64,000 nt of DNA, taken from the NCBI RefSeq assembly GCF_006345805.1, contig NC_043003.1, forward strand, positions 18,600,001 through 18,664,000, read 5' to 3'. Source of the stretch: Octopus sinensis. Lineage: Eukaryota. Numbering within the stretch: position 1 is the stretch's first letter; every line of letters begins with the position of its first letter. Made by a program: the position numbers and the translations under genes. Of the stretch, positions 11,487-25,004 are shown in pieces. A model generated the notes under the pieces. That model had not been told where the DNA came from, ran no database searches, and saw nothing but the letters and a program-made list of their open reading frames with translations.

Positions 11487-14400
11487 TATATTGACTATAT
11501 AGATAGAGATAGCTAGATAATCAGTGTCATTACATACAAATACATTGATCATTTTTAGTCTTGCCAGCTGAGCTGAATATGCTTTGCTAAGGAGGTCCAA
11601 TAAGCCCAAAACAGGTTTGTAGCTTTCACCAGTTGACTTTAAAGACCAGATCCACTCCAATCTGCATTGTCTACATGGTCCAAAGACCTTCACGAACTGG
11701 TTTTATTAGGGGTTTATTGCTCTTGCTTGTATTTGTATTCTTGTATATTAACTATCTCTCCTAGAGGAAGCTTTTACTTGCTAATTGCTTGGATAATCTT
11801 AACTGAAGTTTCCGTTTCTTTTTAATTCCCTATATTACATATGTGAAGCCCTACCACTTCAGACCAGACGAGCAAGAGTCATACAAATGTAAGTGCTGTT
11901 TGTAGGTGTGAGCATAAGAGTGAAGAGGTTGATGTGAAGAATAAAAATTAGTTATTAAAGAGACATAACATCCAATCTTCTTTGACAAGAAAACAAAATG
12001 GTGTTAAATAAATAAATAAATAAACAATGACAACAGCAGTGTTAAAACACAATGCTTAATCTGAATATATTTATGTGGATATTCCAGTTGTCTTCAATTT
12101 TTATTTTAGAGTGAAAAAAAAAAAATGGTAATAATAACAATATGAAATATATAATATACAGCTTAAATGTGGAAATCTAAACATTCAATAGACAGCATTA
12201 GAAAAGATTATGAGGAACACTACCAGGTTCCATGCACTAAAATGGAGCAGTGATGACTACGAATAGTGATGTGCCCTTACACACACTGATTGTGCCCTTA
12301 CATTGACTGATTATTACAAAAAGGTGGCCCTTGGAAAAATGAAATAACATGATAATTGAAACCTTCCCGGATTAAATAAACTTTTATTGTCAGTTGGACT
12401 TGAAATCAAGGAAATATTTTGCAGGTCAGAACAGCAAAAAAATATATATGTGAATATATATATACATACATATATATATATACATATAACCCAAACATTG
12501 TTTAAGAAAATATTAGTAGATTTCTGATTTCATTTTTTTTTCCTCCCTTCCTTTTTTTTTTTTATTACAAAAAATTTTTAATGAGATAGAGATAAACTAT
12601 CTTCTGGATATATGCTGCAATATGTTTATATTCTTATTGCACAGATAATGAGAAATATATATTTTTTCTCCAACCAATTCAACTTAGTTTTGAGACACTA
12701 AGAAGAAAAATTCTTTTAAAAGACAAATAGCTTATCACAGCTTTTATACATATATATATGTTTTTTTTTTAATCACTAATGAATTATATGATCAAAGTTT
12801 TGTACATTTAATACTCTAATATACCCCTAAGGCTGAAAAATAAACAGTGTTAACTGATAAACGGAAATTCTTTTGAAGATGAAAAAAACCTTAATTCGAT
12901 CAAATGCATTTTATATTTATATTTCATGTGTTGCATTTTGCATGCCTTGTAGACTATGCATTTTATACAAACTACAGCCACTGTATGTCTGTAGTATAAC
13001 TGAAGATATCTCTAATTGCTTCATCTCAATGGATTATCACATAACTGGAGAGAAGAAAAAAATGTTTTCCTGTTATAAGACTGAGATTCTATGTGGAAAT
13101 CATACTTATTATGCTAATTTCTATTTTTCCAATTGTTTTGTCAATTGTACATTGTTCAAAACAGATGCACACCTTGTTGGGAGTCAGTGAAAGATGGTGT
13201 AAAAAACACAAACAGGCTCAGCAGAAGTGGAGTACTCACCTGAGATCCTCTAGCATTCTAGTGATAAGAAAAAATACTTGTTAACCTTGGCTAATATTTA
13301 GTGATAGCAAATCAACTCATATACCAGTCAAGGTTTTTTAGGCACATAAATATGGGTTGGTTCTGGAGTGGACAATCGATATAGGTTGGACAAATGGTAT
13401 TTGCAAATGTCTCCAATGTTGCTACCAGTCTACCATTATTTAGCATTCCCAGAATACCAGCGGAAAGTGGAACAGGTTCATTAATCACTTTGATAAAGAA
13501 TATTCACAATAACATTTTAATTCCATCCTCTTCCAATAGTAAAGTGCTCCTTTGATTGTTGCTATTTTGAACTGCAGAATTCATAATGAAAGTAAAACGG
13601 CTCGAAGGCACTAATTGAAAGTGCCTGAGAAATAAACTGCAGCACTTGTAATTACAAACTGTAATGGGAACTGTTTCTACAGGAAAAAATTTAGAGCACA
13701 GGCAGCTAATGCTATTGTTATATTTTGATTCATGAAACTGCATTTAACCTAGTGGAGAGAAGGATATGATGCTGCACCATGAGCAGAAGAGGAGTCTTAA
13801 CATTGTGAGCGAAAGCAAAATAATAGAATTTGTAGAGAAATCAGTCCAATGCCTGCTCTTATTGATCTACCAATATATCTGCTTCCTAATTGAGCAAACT
13901 AGAAAGAGTGCAATTGCCAGTCTTTCAATTAATTTAACATAGTTAATATAGAAAATTGTCTAAGAATCAAAGTAGCCAGAACTTGTTTTATTCTCGTATT
14001 ATTAATGTAATAACTCCAACTATTGAAATCATATCCCCCCTTTTGTGGGCATTGGTTACTTTCAATATAGGAGTTAAGCTAATAAAAACTGCATCAATTA
14101 AACAGAGCAGGAAAAAACTGTGAATTAAATATCACTATTCAAATTTCAGGTTCTGTTTCATGAAACTTCAAGTCAGAAACCACTTGCAGTATGAAATAAT
14201 TTTAGAATAGATTGGGCTAATGCTATACAAAGATTGATATTTTACAGATAATTGTACTTAATAATTGGTGTTGGGAAATTTTAACGAATATATTTTCAAT
14301 ATAGCCAGCAGTTACTTATATGGAAATATGGAGAAAGAAAATTACCTAAAGCAATATCAATATTATTAATTTTTTTTATTTACATATTTTGAAGAATATC

Positions 14401-15871
14401 AATAAATTACTTTGTGGCTTACAAAAGGGTTCGTTATTTTCCATACAGTATTCTGTCTAATTATTTCTTTGGCTTTCCTTTTGAAGATGGCAGTACTTTT
14501 TAATTTGATCAAATGTAGTGTAATGTATTTTTATATAAGGTTCTTTTTCTTTTACAAATTAAAATATAAGATGATAATTACTGAATATTTATTTTATTAC
14601 AGAGATTTAATGATTATTTACATTGTATTGAATTACATTAAAAAAAAATCTCATATGGTTTAAGGGGTGGGGGACACATCTTTTGTGTTTTTCTATTACT
14701 TTAACTCCAAAAAGGCATTTAATTTATAAACTTTTACATCATTATTATTACAATGTTCAAACCTAAATTTTAAGTGAAACCTAAAGTTTTATATTCTAAT
14801 TCAGATTTATGAATGATAGTATATACCTAGCTATAGCTTGTATGACAGGAAATATCAAACAAAACTAATTCATTTAACATTGTTTTTATCATTTTTTTTT
14901 CTTTTGTAAAGCAATATTTGCACAAGCCATTTTTAGCTTTCATATTTTATCTTTATACTTTTATACAAATAAAATATCTTTACCCCTGCATTGTCATCAT
15001 CTGAGACAACTGCCTGATATGTATCTTGTACTGAGAGACCTCCAGCTCAGTCACCGTGTACAGTCATACATATTTTATACATTATCAGATATGGATAGCT
15101 GTTAACTAAAAGGATTTTTCATAATAGTAGCATGCTGAGAATTTATTAAATATTAATGCTACATCAAAAACCTGAAGCCAGACCAATTTCAATTTTGATT
15201 GATTCCATATTGTCATGCGTAATGTAACCTCCTGGAGAACTGAGTTGATTCTTTTGTACTTAGAGGACAATATGTTTGAATACAGGTACTATCTTAGTAG
15301 AAATATTTAGATATAATTAATCCACAAATTAAGAGCTTTTAACTTCTAAAGTTTTCTTTTAGTAACTATGTACCTAATTTAGACACTGATTATGAGTTTT
15401 CCAAATAATCATACTTCCCAAGAGTAATATGACTGATTCTAAATAGAGAACAGGATCCATAAACCATGTGAGAATAAACAAGTCTCATAGGTAATTTGTG
15501 GGAATCCTGAAAATATTGACAACAACAGTTAGAACTGGTGCCAACGATCCAATGTAGAATCATGAAAACAGAGAATGTCTCCATCTTGAATTTTATATTT
15601 CAATCTAAACAGAGTTTGAGTGTTTAATATCTAATTGTGATAATAATTAAACAGAAAAAAAAAATATTAACTTCTTTTTAATTTTGTAAACTTTAGCTAA
15701 TCAAATTAGTTTATAAACTTATTAAAAACAAACAAAAAATTGAAAAACATGGTACAAAAATGATTAAAAATATATTGGAAAAGTTTTAAAATTGAAGACT
15801 TTCATTATGAGAGAAAACCCAAATGTGGATAATATGGTCGAAAAAGAAAGGAGAAAATATCTTGCCCTTAC

Positions 15872-16006
15872 CTGATTAAGAGCTTCCATTCGCTGTGCGA
15901 GTTCAGCCTCTACTGTTGGTAGAGCTTCTGCCTTACGTAACGATTGCTGCAGTTTCTGTTCTGACAACTCTAATTTTTCTTGAATAACTCTTATTTTTTC
16001 TTCACT
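15872..16006 (-). CDS. PPFIA: Liprin-alpha coding exon (45 aa: [45 protein letters not shown])
   Basis: Acceptor ttccag, donor CAG|gtaagg, 135 nt, phase 0-0. Contains the conserved LELxEQKLQQ.[15 protein letters not shown] motif. Confidence 0.97.
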
Positions 16007-16229
16007 CTGGAAAAATAAAAGGGTTGGGTACAAAATAAAGATATGTTAAAAATAAGTTTTTTTTATTTCAATTAAAATATGAAGTAACAAGAGATAGGGA
16101 GTACAATATCATTTGGGAGAAGCATGGAGTTAAAGAATTACACACCAGAAATGAGTTAACCAGATTTATGGTGAGTGGGTTTTACAAAGTGCATATTTAT
16201 TTTTTTAGAAGTGCATAACCAGTACAAAT

Positions 16230-16410
16230 GAAAGTGTGTCTTGAATGTTTAAGAAGTCTGCTTCACAGCCACATGGTCATGGTCTTGATCACAATGTATG
16301 GCACCCACAGCAAGTGTCTTCTATCATAGCCTCAGATTGACCGAAGACATAAGTGGTATTTGGTAGAATGAACCTGTGTGGAAGCCTGTTTGAGTATCTC
16401 AATATGGAAT
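16230..16410 (+). mobile_element. SINE family A, 5' portion, degenerate
   Basis: ccacatggtc..gcaagtgtcttctatcatagcctc..gaccgaag..tggtatttggtag..gaagcc. Confidence 0.7.
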
Positions 16411-18149
16411 TGCAGAAATCAGCAACATGCTGCTACCACCATCCAAGACTTATAGTAATTGCATATAAACCAGAGTACAATATCATTTGGGAGAAGCATG
16501 GAGTTAAAGAATCACACACCAGAAATGCTGCTACCAGCATCCAAGACACATAGTAATTGCTTATAAACCAGACATTACAGAATGTGGTATGAAGCATCAA
16601 CTTCTGTGCCACAGAACCAGCTGAACATTTGATATTTGTACTGATTTCTGACACTGCAGAATAATGCTGTTCTATAATGTTTAACAAATTGAAAATAAAT
16701 TTATGTCTGACAACAGACTATAAAATAAATAGGAATCCATTTGTTTTGTCTGAAAGATTCATCTAAAAATTTCCTCTAACAGTTCTTATTGATAAACTAA
16801 CATCTACATGATGATGATATTTAATACTATTTTTCAAGTGGAACTGTTGATCTAATTGAACAATTTACAGAATTTTACACAAATAAATTAATTAAAACAG
16901 TTAATTGAAACTTTTCGGTAATTTCATTACAAAACTTACCTGTTAATAAAAGCAGCAATTTATCAAGAATAAAAGCATCCACTTATATTATATACTACTT
17001 ATAAGCATATTGATTATTTATTGGTTCAGTTGATTGATTTTGACACTAAATGTACATTCAACACTTTAAACATTTAATTGTAGAATATAATTTTAAAAAA
17101 TATTTTTCCTTTAAAATCAACTATAAAATTGCTATAACAATTTTGGAAGTATTTTCTTTTTTTTTATATTTAAAATAAATATTTTGATAATAATCTTATC
17201 ACAACATAAAAATATTGCATGCAATATGATTGATGAAAAAAAAGAGAAGCAAAATTGGCCAAGACCAAAGAGAGAAATGTGCAGCAAATTCCCAAAGCCT
17301 GGCATAATCTATGAAGCTTGTGTGATGTCACTTCAGTAAGCTCACCAATTATTACACCTGCAAATTAACTTAAATAAACTACTAGAAAGACTGCAGGAGT
17401 TAAATTAAATAAGAACTTTAATACAAAGTTTAACTTCACTATTTTCTACTACATCAAATGGAACATTTAAATATAGTTTAGCACTAATTTAGGAAAAAAT
17501 ACTTTTAAAAAAAAATCTATTATTTTCTATACTGATTGAATTAAACAACTTTTATAGAAAACCATGAGGGGGGAAAAAAATATAGATTGTTTTAATGGAA
17601 TTTGATTTAAAAAGTGAAAGACAGATGGGAGAAAATTGACAGCAAAAAGATATATTACAAATTAGATACTTTAAAAATCTTTTTTTTCTTCAAAAATAAA
17701 TTTGATAGATTTTTAAAAATATTAGGTAAACGTGCTTAAAAAGTGGGTTTACTAAAAGGTATAGGGACAGGTTATTTTTACTCACACATATACCTAGAGT
17801 AAATGATAACACTTGTTAAGTCCTTTTATCCGTAGGTCCACTGTGTGCTACACATTAGCATGTTTGATAGTAATAAAAGATGCATGAGCATATTAAGCTG
17901 CACCCCTATTTCAGGAAAAAATGGCTTCAGTGCATTAAAGCATATGGAAGGCCTAAATATGCATACAGGACTCAGGGTGATTTTTGAGACAAGTTTTTGA
18001 GGCCATGAAACATGAACAGCAGGAGAAATCTTCAGAGGAAGAACCCCTTTCAAGCAAGTGTTTCAGCCCATTCATTCCTGATACTCTAAAGGAGCTGGGT
18101 CTTAACCCTAACCCTAGGCAGTAATTCTTAGGTGTCCTCCTGCTGTTAT

Positions 18150-18290
18150 TAAGTTCAAATCCCACTGAAGTCAATTCTACCTGTCATCCTTTCAGGATCG
18201 ATAAAATAAGTAGCAGTCAAGTACTCGGGTCGATATAATCAACTACCTCACTAAACTTGCTGGCCTTGTACCAAAATTTGAAAAAATTAT
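18150..18290 (+). mobile_element. SINE family B fragment (alternative tail)
   Basis: agttcaaatccc..tcatcctttcaggatcgataaaataagtagcag..cttgctggccttgtaccaaaatttgaa. Confidence 0.75.
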
Positions 18291-19059
18291 TACTATCACC
18301 ATCATGATGGTAATGGTCAATAATAATAATAATAATGATAATAATAATAATTCCAGAAGTGTCTTATTAATGCATGGTGATAACATCTGGCACCTTATCA
18401 AAAAATGTTATTATGAAACAATAAATCAATATACTTAGACTGAATATGGAAAACTTGTGTGAGAAAAAAAATATGTTTATCTTAAAAGTTAATTGATTAT
18501 TATTAATCAGCTATCGTCATCTTTTCTCTTCATTTTTTTTTTTCTTTTTCCAATCAGAACAGAAAGTATAGTAAAAGATGCATACAGCTATTGGCTCAAA
18601 GATTTTACATGATAACAACAACAACAATAATAATAATAATGATAATGATAACAGCAACAATACTGCTGATCAAATGTTAAACAATATGTAACCAGCCAAA
18701 CAGATGCTGAGTTGACCATCTGAGCAACTCATCAAAGTCTTTAACCTGCTGCAGTAAACATCTATTCACTTGCTTCACAGGTTTACATTGGAAAGATTAT
18801 AATAAAAGCCAATTGATAAAGAGAGGGAGATATGAAACCAGGAAGGGTATTCAATTGCAAAATTGCGCAAAGGGAGAGAGGTGGTAGTGGTGAGTGGGGT
18901 GATGGTTCTGTTGGAAAAGTAACGAGAAATCACAAAAAAAATTAAAATAACAATGTGGGAATTTTCGCATAAACAGAGTAAAAGAAAAAGTTTCTGAACA
19001 ATTAATTCAAAGGAGAAGACGGTAAAGATAAGCAAACGCAAAAGAGATGGGTAACTTAC

Positions 19060-19206
19060 AGCCTTTAACTGCGATTCTTTTGAGGCGAGTTCATTTTCTA
19101 ATTTATCATTCAAGTCATGTAAAGACGTGGACTCCCTCTGAGCATTAATATACCGTTTTTCTAAAGTTGCTATTCTTTCTTCTTGATCTTCTTTTTGTGC
19201 AACAGA
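19060..19206 (-). CDS. PPFIA: Liprin-alpha coding exon (49 aa: [49 protein letters not shown])
   Basis: Acceptor ttgcag, donor GCT|gtaagt, 147 nt, phase 0-0. Contains the conserved AQKEDxEERIxTLEKRY..[16 protein letters not shown] motif. Confidence 0.97.
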
Positions 19207-19502
19207 CTGCAAGGAAGAAGAATAAGGGGGTGAAAAAAGATATTATAGTTCATACATACATAATGCTAAAAATGAAAAAAAATATACATATATATAACAA
19301 TAATAATAATGATGATGATAAAAATAAATGAATTAATTAAGAATGTTCCAATCCTGATCATCATTTGTTTTGCTTTCTCTTGCTATTTTGAGGTACAATA
19401 TTTATAGGACCACACTATAGAATATATCTTTACTCTTTTAAGACAGCAGTGTAAGTTAAGAGAGATTTAGTTGCTATATCTAGCAAGTTGAAGTGACATT
19501 AT

Positions 19503-19840
19503 TATTACCTCCACCTTAGCGAAGGTGGAGGTATTGTTTTCAGTCTAAGAACTGATGGATGGATTCAGATGAAACTTTCAGAGATGTTTGGCCTTGTGTC
19601 TGGCATGAACTGATTAGATTTTGGGACTGATTCAGTACCGGACAAAGATTCTGGATTATTTTTTCATTTTTTTTTTTTTTACTTAATTTTTGAGAGTGGT
19701 TGGGTTCATTTTTAGTATTCTTGTTTGTGAGAGCAGTTGAGTTTATTTCAGATATTCTCATTTTAAAAATCATCTTCAGCTAATTGTTGAGAGGACATCG
19801 GTGTTGCGTTGGTGTAGGTTTGTGCACTCTGAGTGGTCTT
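19503..19840 (+). mobile_element. Helentron-associated non-autonomous element (HINE-like)
   Basis: 5' perfect 12-bp hairpin tacctccacctt-agcg-aaggtggaggta (19506-19533). 3' sub-terminal inverted copy ttggtgtaggtt (19809-19820), then a short palindrome cactc-t-gagtg (19825-19835). Confidence 0.55.
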
Positions 19841-19929
19841 CTTCTTCTCATTATTATTATTATCATAGTAAGTTTAAGTTGACTACTTTTACATAACTTC
19901 AAATTTCTTGCATGGGTCAGCAATCATCA

Positions 19930-20290
19930 GATGATACATTAACAAACATTGGATGATCACTACATAAACATCTTTACTGTTCATCAAACAAAAACAGATA
20001 AAATTTGCAGGTCGCTGTTTTCATTGAACAGGTCAATCTGTCACAGCGCTTCATTCTATAACCCCCCATGGAAGTGTTTAAGCTTGGTGATGAGCCCCGC
20101 AAGATGTATGTCCTTGAACTTGTGTGGGGACACAGGACTGTGAAATGTTTCAGAGTTGGCACATGCAGTGTCATCTGTCGTCTCAAACAGCCTGGAGGGA
20201 AATTTGTTCTCAAGTTGGAGTCAACATCTACAAGTGATGTGGTGCAGACCAAACAAGGAAGGTCACTCTTTACTTTGCTCAAAATACTTC
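19930..20290 (-). mobile_element. Decayed RTE-clade LINE reverse-transcriptase fragment
   Basis: Frameshifted remnants resembling RTE RT motifs (CGFR..RST.DM, REQNLPL, GCP.KF..ILRSFH.G), recognised by eye. Confidence 0.5.
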
Positions 20291-20319
20291 TTGGAACTTT
20301 GTGTGTGTGTATGGGGGAG

Positions 20320-20700
20320 GGGACATAGCCGAGCAGTTAAGAGGTTTTCTCCCCAACCATGTAATTTTGGATTCATTTCTGCTGTGCAACACCTTGGAGA
20401 AGTGTCTTCTACTACAGCTCCTGGCTGACCAAAATGAAGTTAATGAATTTGGTAGGTGGAAACTGATAGAAGCACATTGTGTGCGCATGTGTGTATGTAC
20501 GTATATTATACAAACACACACACATATATATTATATGCCAGCATGGAAGGTGGATGTTAAACGATAATGATGTATGTATGTATGCACGCACATATGCATG
20601 TGTGAGTCTATTTACATTTGGATGCTGCAAGTGGTGGTGTTTTCACTTGTCGCAACAACAGACTGCCCGCACACCTCAAACCTTCATAGACATGTGAAAT
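20320..20700 (+). mobile_element. SINE family A, degenerate
   Basis: caccttggagaagtgtcttctactacag..gaatttggtaggtggaaactga plus an internal microsatellite. Confidence 0.75.
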
Positions 20701-21334
20701 AAGAGACCCAAAGATCCATTATTTGAAAAAACAGGTAAGGGTTAGTGTCAGGGAGAGTAGTAAAATAATGCCCCAATGATGCATTCAGCTGGATGCCAAA
20801 TAAGCATTTGTGTGTGTGTGTATATATAACGATTGTGTTATAGGTTCTATGTAATGAATACTGAAACATCTCCAGCAGAAAAGCCAAGCATGCCAGATTC
20901 AATATGGTGAATAATATTACATCCCAGTGAAGTTAAACACATTCACATTATCTGCTGCTGAGTTTAAGCATTAAGTATTATGCAAATAATTCTGTGCAAC
21001 GAAACTCTCAATTACATTTGCAAGAAATAATCCAAGAAGAAAATATCAATAAAATTCCAAATAGGAACTGCTAGTATTTTGGAATATTGAGTAAGAATAC
21101 AATGCAAATGAGACAAATTACTAAGTACAGTTAGATATTTTCCTTAAGAAACATAAAGAGGGGAGGGGGGGTTAATTTTACTAATATAAGAATTAAACTT
21201 TAAAAACTTTATGAGAAGAATGTATATGGAATTAAACAACAAAGGAACTGACTCCTGGTATTATAAATTCAAAGGAACTGGCTGATGATATTAATAAATT
21301 GAAAAAATGAACAACTGTATATTGTAGATAGGTA

Positions 21335-21690
21335 TCTATATGTCGGTGATGCAGGTTGTGTGGCTAAGAAGCTCATTTTGCAATCAGGTGATTTGGGGTT
21401 CAATCCTACAGATTGGGGTTCAATGCCATCTTGGGCCAAGTGTCTTCTACTATAGACTCAGTCAAACAAGGCCAAGTGAGTGAATCTCATAGACAGAAAC
21501 TGTGCAGAAGCACACATTGTGTGTGTGTGTGTGATAGTTTTACAACTTAATGGTTAAGAAAAAAGAACCTGCTGGAATAACTGTCAATCATAAAATAGGT
21601 CTTGGGATTGACTTGATTGAGTAAATTCTTTTGAGGCAGAACCCCAGCAGCCCAATGAAGGAAATGAGTAAACAAACACAAAAATGTGTG
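21335..21690 (+). mobile_element. SINE family A, degenerate
   Basis: gttgtgtggctaagaagc..ttgggccaagtgtcttctactatag..gacagaaactg..ccccagcagccc. Confidence 0.75.
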
Positions 21691-21724
21691 TGTGTACACA
21701 TATATCTTTTTTTTTTCTTTTACA

Positions 21725-22112
21725 TCTTTTACTTGTTTCAGTCATTTGACTGTGACCATGCTGGAGCACCGCCTTTAGTCAAGTAAATCGACCCCAGGAC
21801 TTATTCTTTGTAAGCCTAGTACTTATTCTATTGGTCTCTTTTGCCGAACTGCTAAGTTACGGGGACATAAACACACCAACATCAGTTGTCAAGCGATGTT
21901 GGGGGGACAAACACAGGCACACAAACATATATATGTATATACATATATACGACAGGCTACTTTCAGTTTCCATCTACCAAATCCACTCACAAGGCTTTGA
22001 TTGGCCCAAGGCTATAGCAGAAGACACTTGTCCAAGGTGCCACACAGTGGGACTGAACCCGGAACCATGTGGTTGGTAAGCAAGCTACTTACCACACAGC
22101 CACTCCTGCGCC
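21725..22112 (-). mobile_element. SINE family A, full length, young
   Basis: Complete head to tail with many CpGs retained; tRNA-like A/B-box head at ~22040-22110. Confidence 0.95.
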
Positions 22113-22417
22113 TATATACACAAATATATGCATACCTATACATACACAAAAAAATATACAGGCTGAAGAAAACAGTATGCAGTTAAATGCAGAAAAATTT
22201 CCAAATGCTGACTTGAAGAATCAAATCTGAAATATCCTCTCATCCGAAAATCAACAATTCCATTTTATGATTGTCTGCATTAGTAATTAGCAGCCACAAT
22301 AAAGACAGTGCAGACTAAAATTGCAATTTTATGCAAAAGTCAAAAAGCATCTTCATATGTAATGTAGTCCCAGATGGTTACCAAGTTGTTCCCTTTATAA
22401 GCATTATATACACCGTA

Positions 22418-22460
<43 letters not shown>
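22418..22460. repeat. (TG)n microsatellite
   Basis: About 20 TG units. Similar CA/TG runs occur at 2652-2688, 9963-10010, 38345-38376 and 53190-53230. Confidence 0.95.
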
Positions 22461-25004
22461 ATGTGCATGTGAGTGCATGAGAGAGAGACAGTGTGTTTGT
22501 GATGGAGAGTGGAGTACGTATTGATTTTTGATCAAAATGCAACCAAGATCTCTAAATGATGACATTTGCTTCAAAGAAGCTCTTACATTGAATTATGCAA
22601 CTTTTCAGTACATTAAAAAAAATACTAAATTATTTCACTTTGAAAGAAAGAAAATAATAATAATAATAATGAAAAAAGAGTTTTGCATTTATACCACCGA
22701 CTGTTATTTTGGTGAGACAGAAGTTTCGCATATCATTAGCTTAAAAAGGAATTAAATTCTTTGCATTTTCATTTAAATCTAAAAATTACAGATGGGAGAA
22801 ACTCAAGTATAATGATGATTAAAAACATTTTCTAAGAATTATTTAGAAAATGAAATTGTGGACAAAACTTTTTTAAAAAATTAAATATATGATGAAATAT
22901 AAACCCCTTATGTGCAATGATGGTTGTGGTATGATATACACAAACACATACATAATATCATGACACATACACTCAAACCTTTCAATATGTAAAAGAGGAA
23001 AAGCTGATGCAAACCATCTTCAGGCTTATACCACCCAAGAATTATTCTGAGCCAAAGGCTGCATATTATCACCTTTGAGATTAGTTATGTCATAATCTGC
23101 TTTCATCGCGAGTCAAACGAAGATGCATTTACAAATAGTCTATCCAATTAGCATTAACCAGTGGCAATATTATTCATTATCTGTACCACAAAACATAGCA
23201 AAGATATTTAAATTTTTTTTTTTTTTGCATGGAGATTTATACCAAGAAGTAGAAAGAATGAAATATATACACACACACACACACTTAAACCATTCATTCC
23301 AGTACAACCAACTGTACAGCATTCATTTAATCTATGGAAACTGATTCATAGAGTTTCTAATAAATGATGAGTTTTTAACTGGGATTAGAAATCACCAAGT
23401 AAATTGTGTTCAGCAAAGATTGCCGTGATACGTTCCATGCAGAAAATAATCTGTAAAACTTTTAGCAAGGTTAACAAAATCAGGGCTATGTTAGTTTAGT
23501 GAAATTCTATTAAATACATTTTAATCTTAAGAAGCAATGATGGAAGCTTGTCCCTTGCAGCCAACAAATAAGTATGAATTTCAGTAAATATTTTGACAAA
23601 GGTCATTTGAACTAAGTTGAAAGCTGAAACAGTCAAGATGAGTAAAAGAACATCAAAAAGGAATATACTGTAGATTTGCCTAGTGTATTATTACTTATAA
23701 TTCAGATCAGTAACGAGATTGACCATATTGAATATTTTTCAAAGGAAAAAAATAAATAACGTGTGCAATTCCTTTATAGTCATTTAAACATGAAAGACAA
23801 CCTGGGAAATATATCTTTTTTGTGTTGCCTGGTTTTAAATATAAACTACAAAAGCATGAAAGAAAGTAACAGCCATTACATTTTCAAAATTACATACCAG
23901 CTCACATTTTATTTTATTCATGAACATTTCAAACAAACTATATGGAAAAAGAACTGAGAATGTAAGCACCAAGACCATGACATAAAATGGTATCTGCTAC
24001 CCATCAGCTGAAGACAGCTAGCCTATGCATGGCAAAACTATAATTTGAAGCACATGGCAGAACTACAATTTAGAAAATATTTTCGAGTTTCTGTTATATC
24101 AATAATGTCATCTCTTAGCCATCATGAAAACTTCATATGAAAAAATAAAAATCATTATTGCCTAAGAGTGAATCTAAAGACAAAAAAATGTTAAAGTATT
24201 CATGTTTGCAGACAGCAACTATCGATGATGCAGTAGGTCTTTTAGAAATATATCACATTTTCTTTTTTTTTTTTTTCCAGAGAAATAAAAAATACACATA
24301 CTCGTGTTTATCTGCTACTGAAACATCACTACTTTACCTATCAAAATTTAAAGGCAATTTAATTTTCAATATTGATCAAGACGTTAGTTAATGTGTAGAC
24401 GGATCATGAAAAGACGAAGTATACACAAAGCCTATATAGCATACAGGTATACTTAAAAAGAAAGAGAAAGTAAGAAAAATGCAAAAAAATGGTCATAATA
24501 GATTAGCTAAGATGGTGATTTGTAAGGCAAGGTTTCATTCAGTAGATTTTATTCAATGAACTGTTGGAAGGTGACACTAAAGATCAAATCAGATGCTATT
24601 TGACAATTGAAGATTAATGTTGAATATTGTGGTCTATCAATGAAATTGTGAGTGGGTTTTTTTTATTCAATACTTCAGAAATAGGAATGACCTTTTCTAA
24701 ACTGAAGAATCCTGATAAAATAACTAATTTGTCTGAATGACTTTTTAACAGAAGTAAAATGGACATGTGAGTTAGCTGAACATAATCAATGTTCTTTCTG
24801 TGTATTTCAGAATATTGCTAAAACCAGATATAATGCTTAACTATTAAATAAGGTATCATAAATACAGTATCAGACTGGTAACTCATACTAAACAGACTGT
24901 TCGTTTGGTCACACAGCAGGACACTTAGTTCAAAAAATAAAACTGACAACAATATCAAAATAATGTACTAATAACCAATGGGTTTTCATATTTGAGAAAG
25001 CTGA

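Noticed and set aside
13250-13800. Higher-complexity stretch with short open frames on the minus strand (similar at 11530-11960, 17820-18130, 28150-28800 and 31480-31720)
   Set aside because: Probably old LINE or transposon debris, but I could not recognise diagnostic motifs. There are no flanking splice sites compatible with liprin-alpha.
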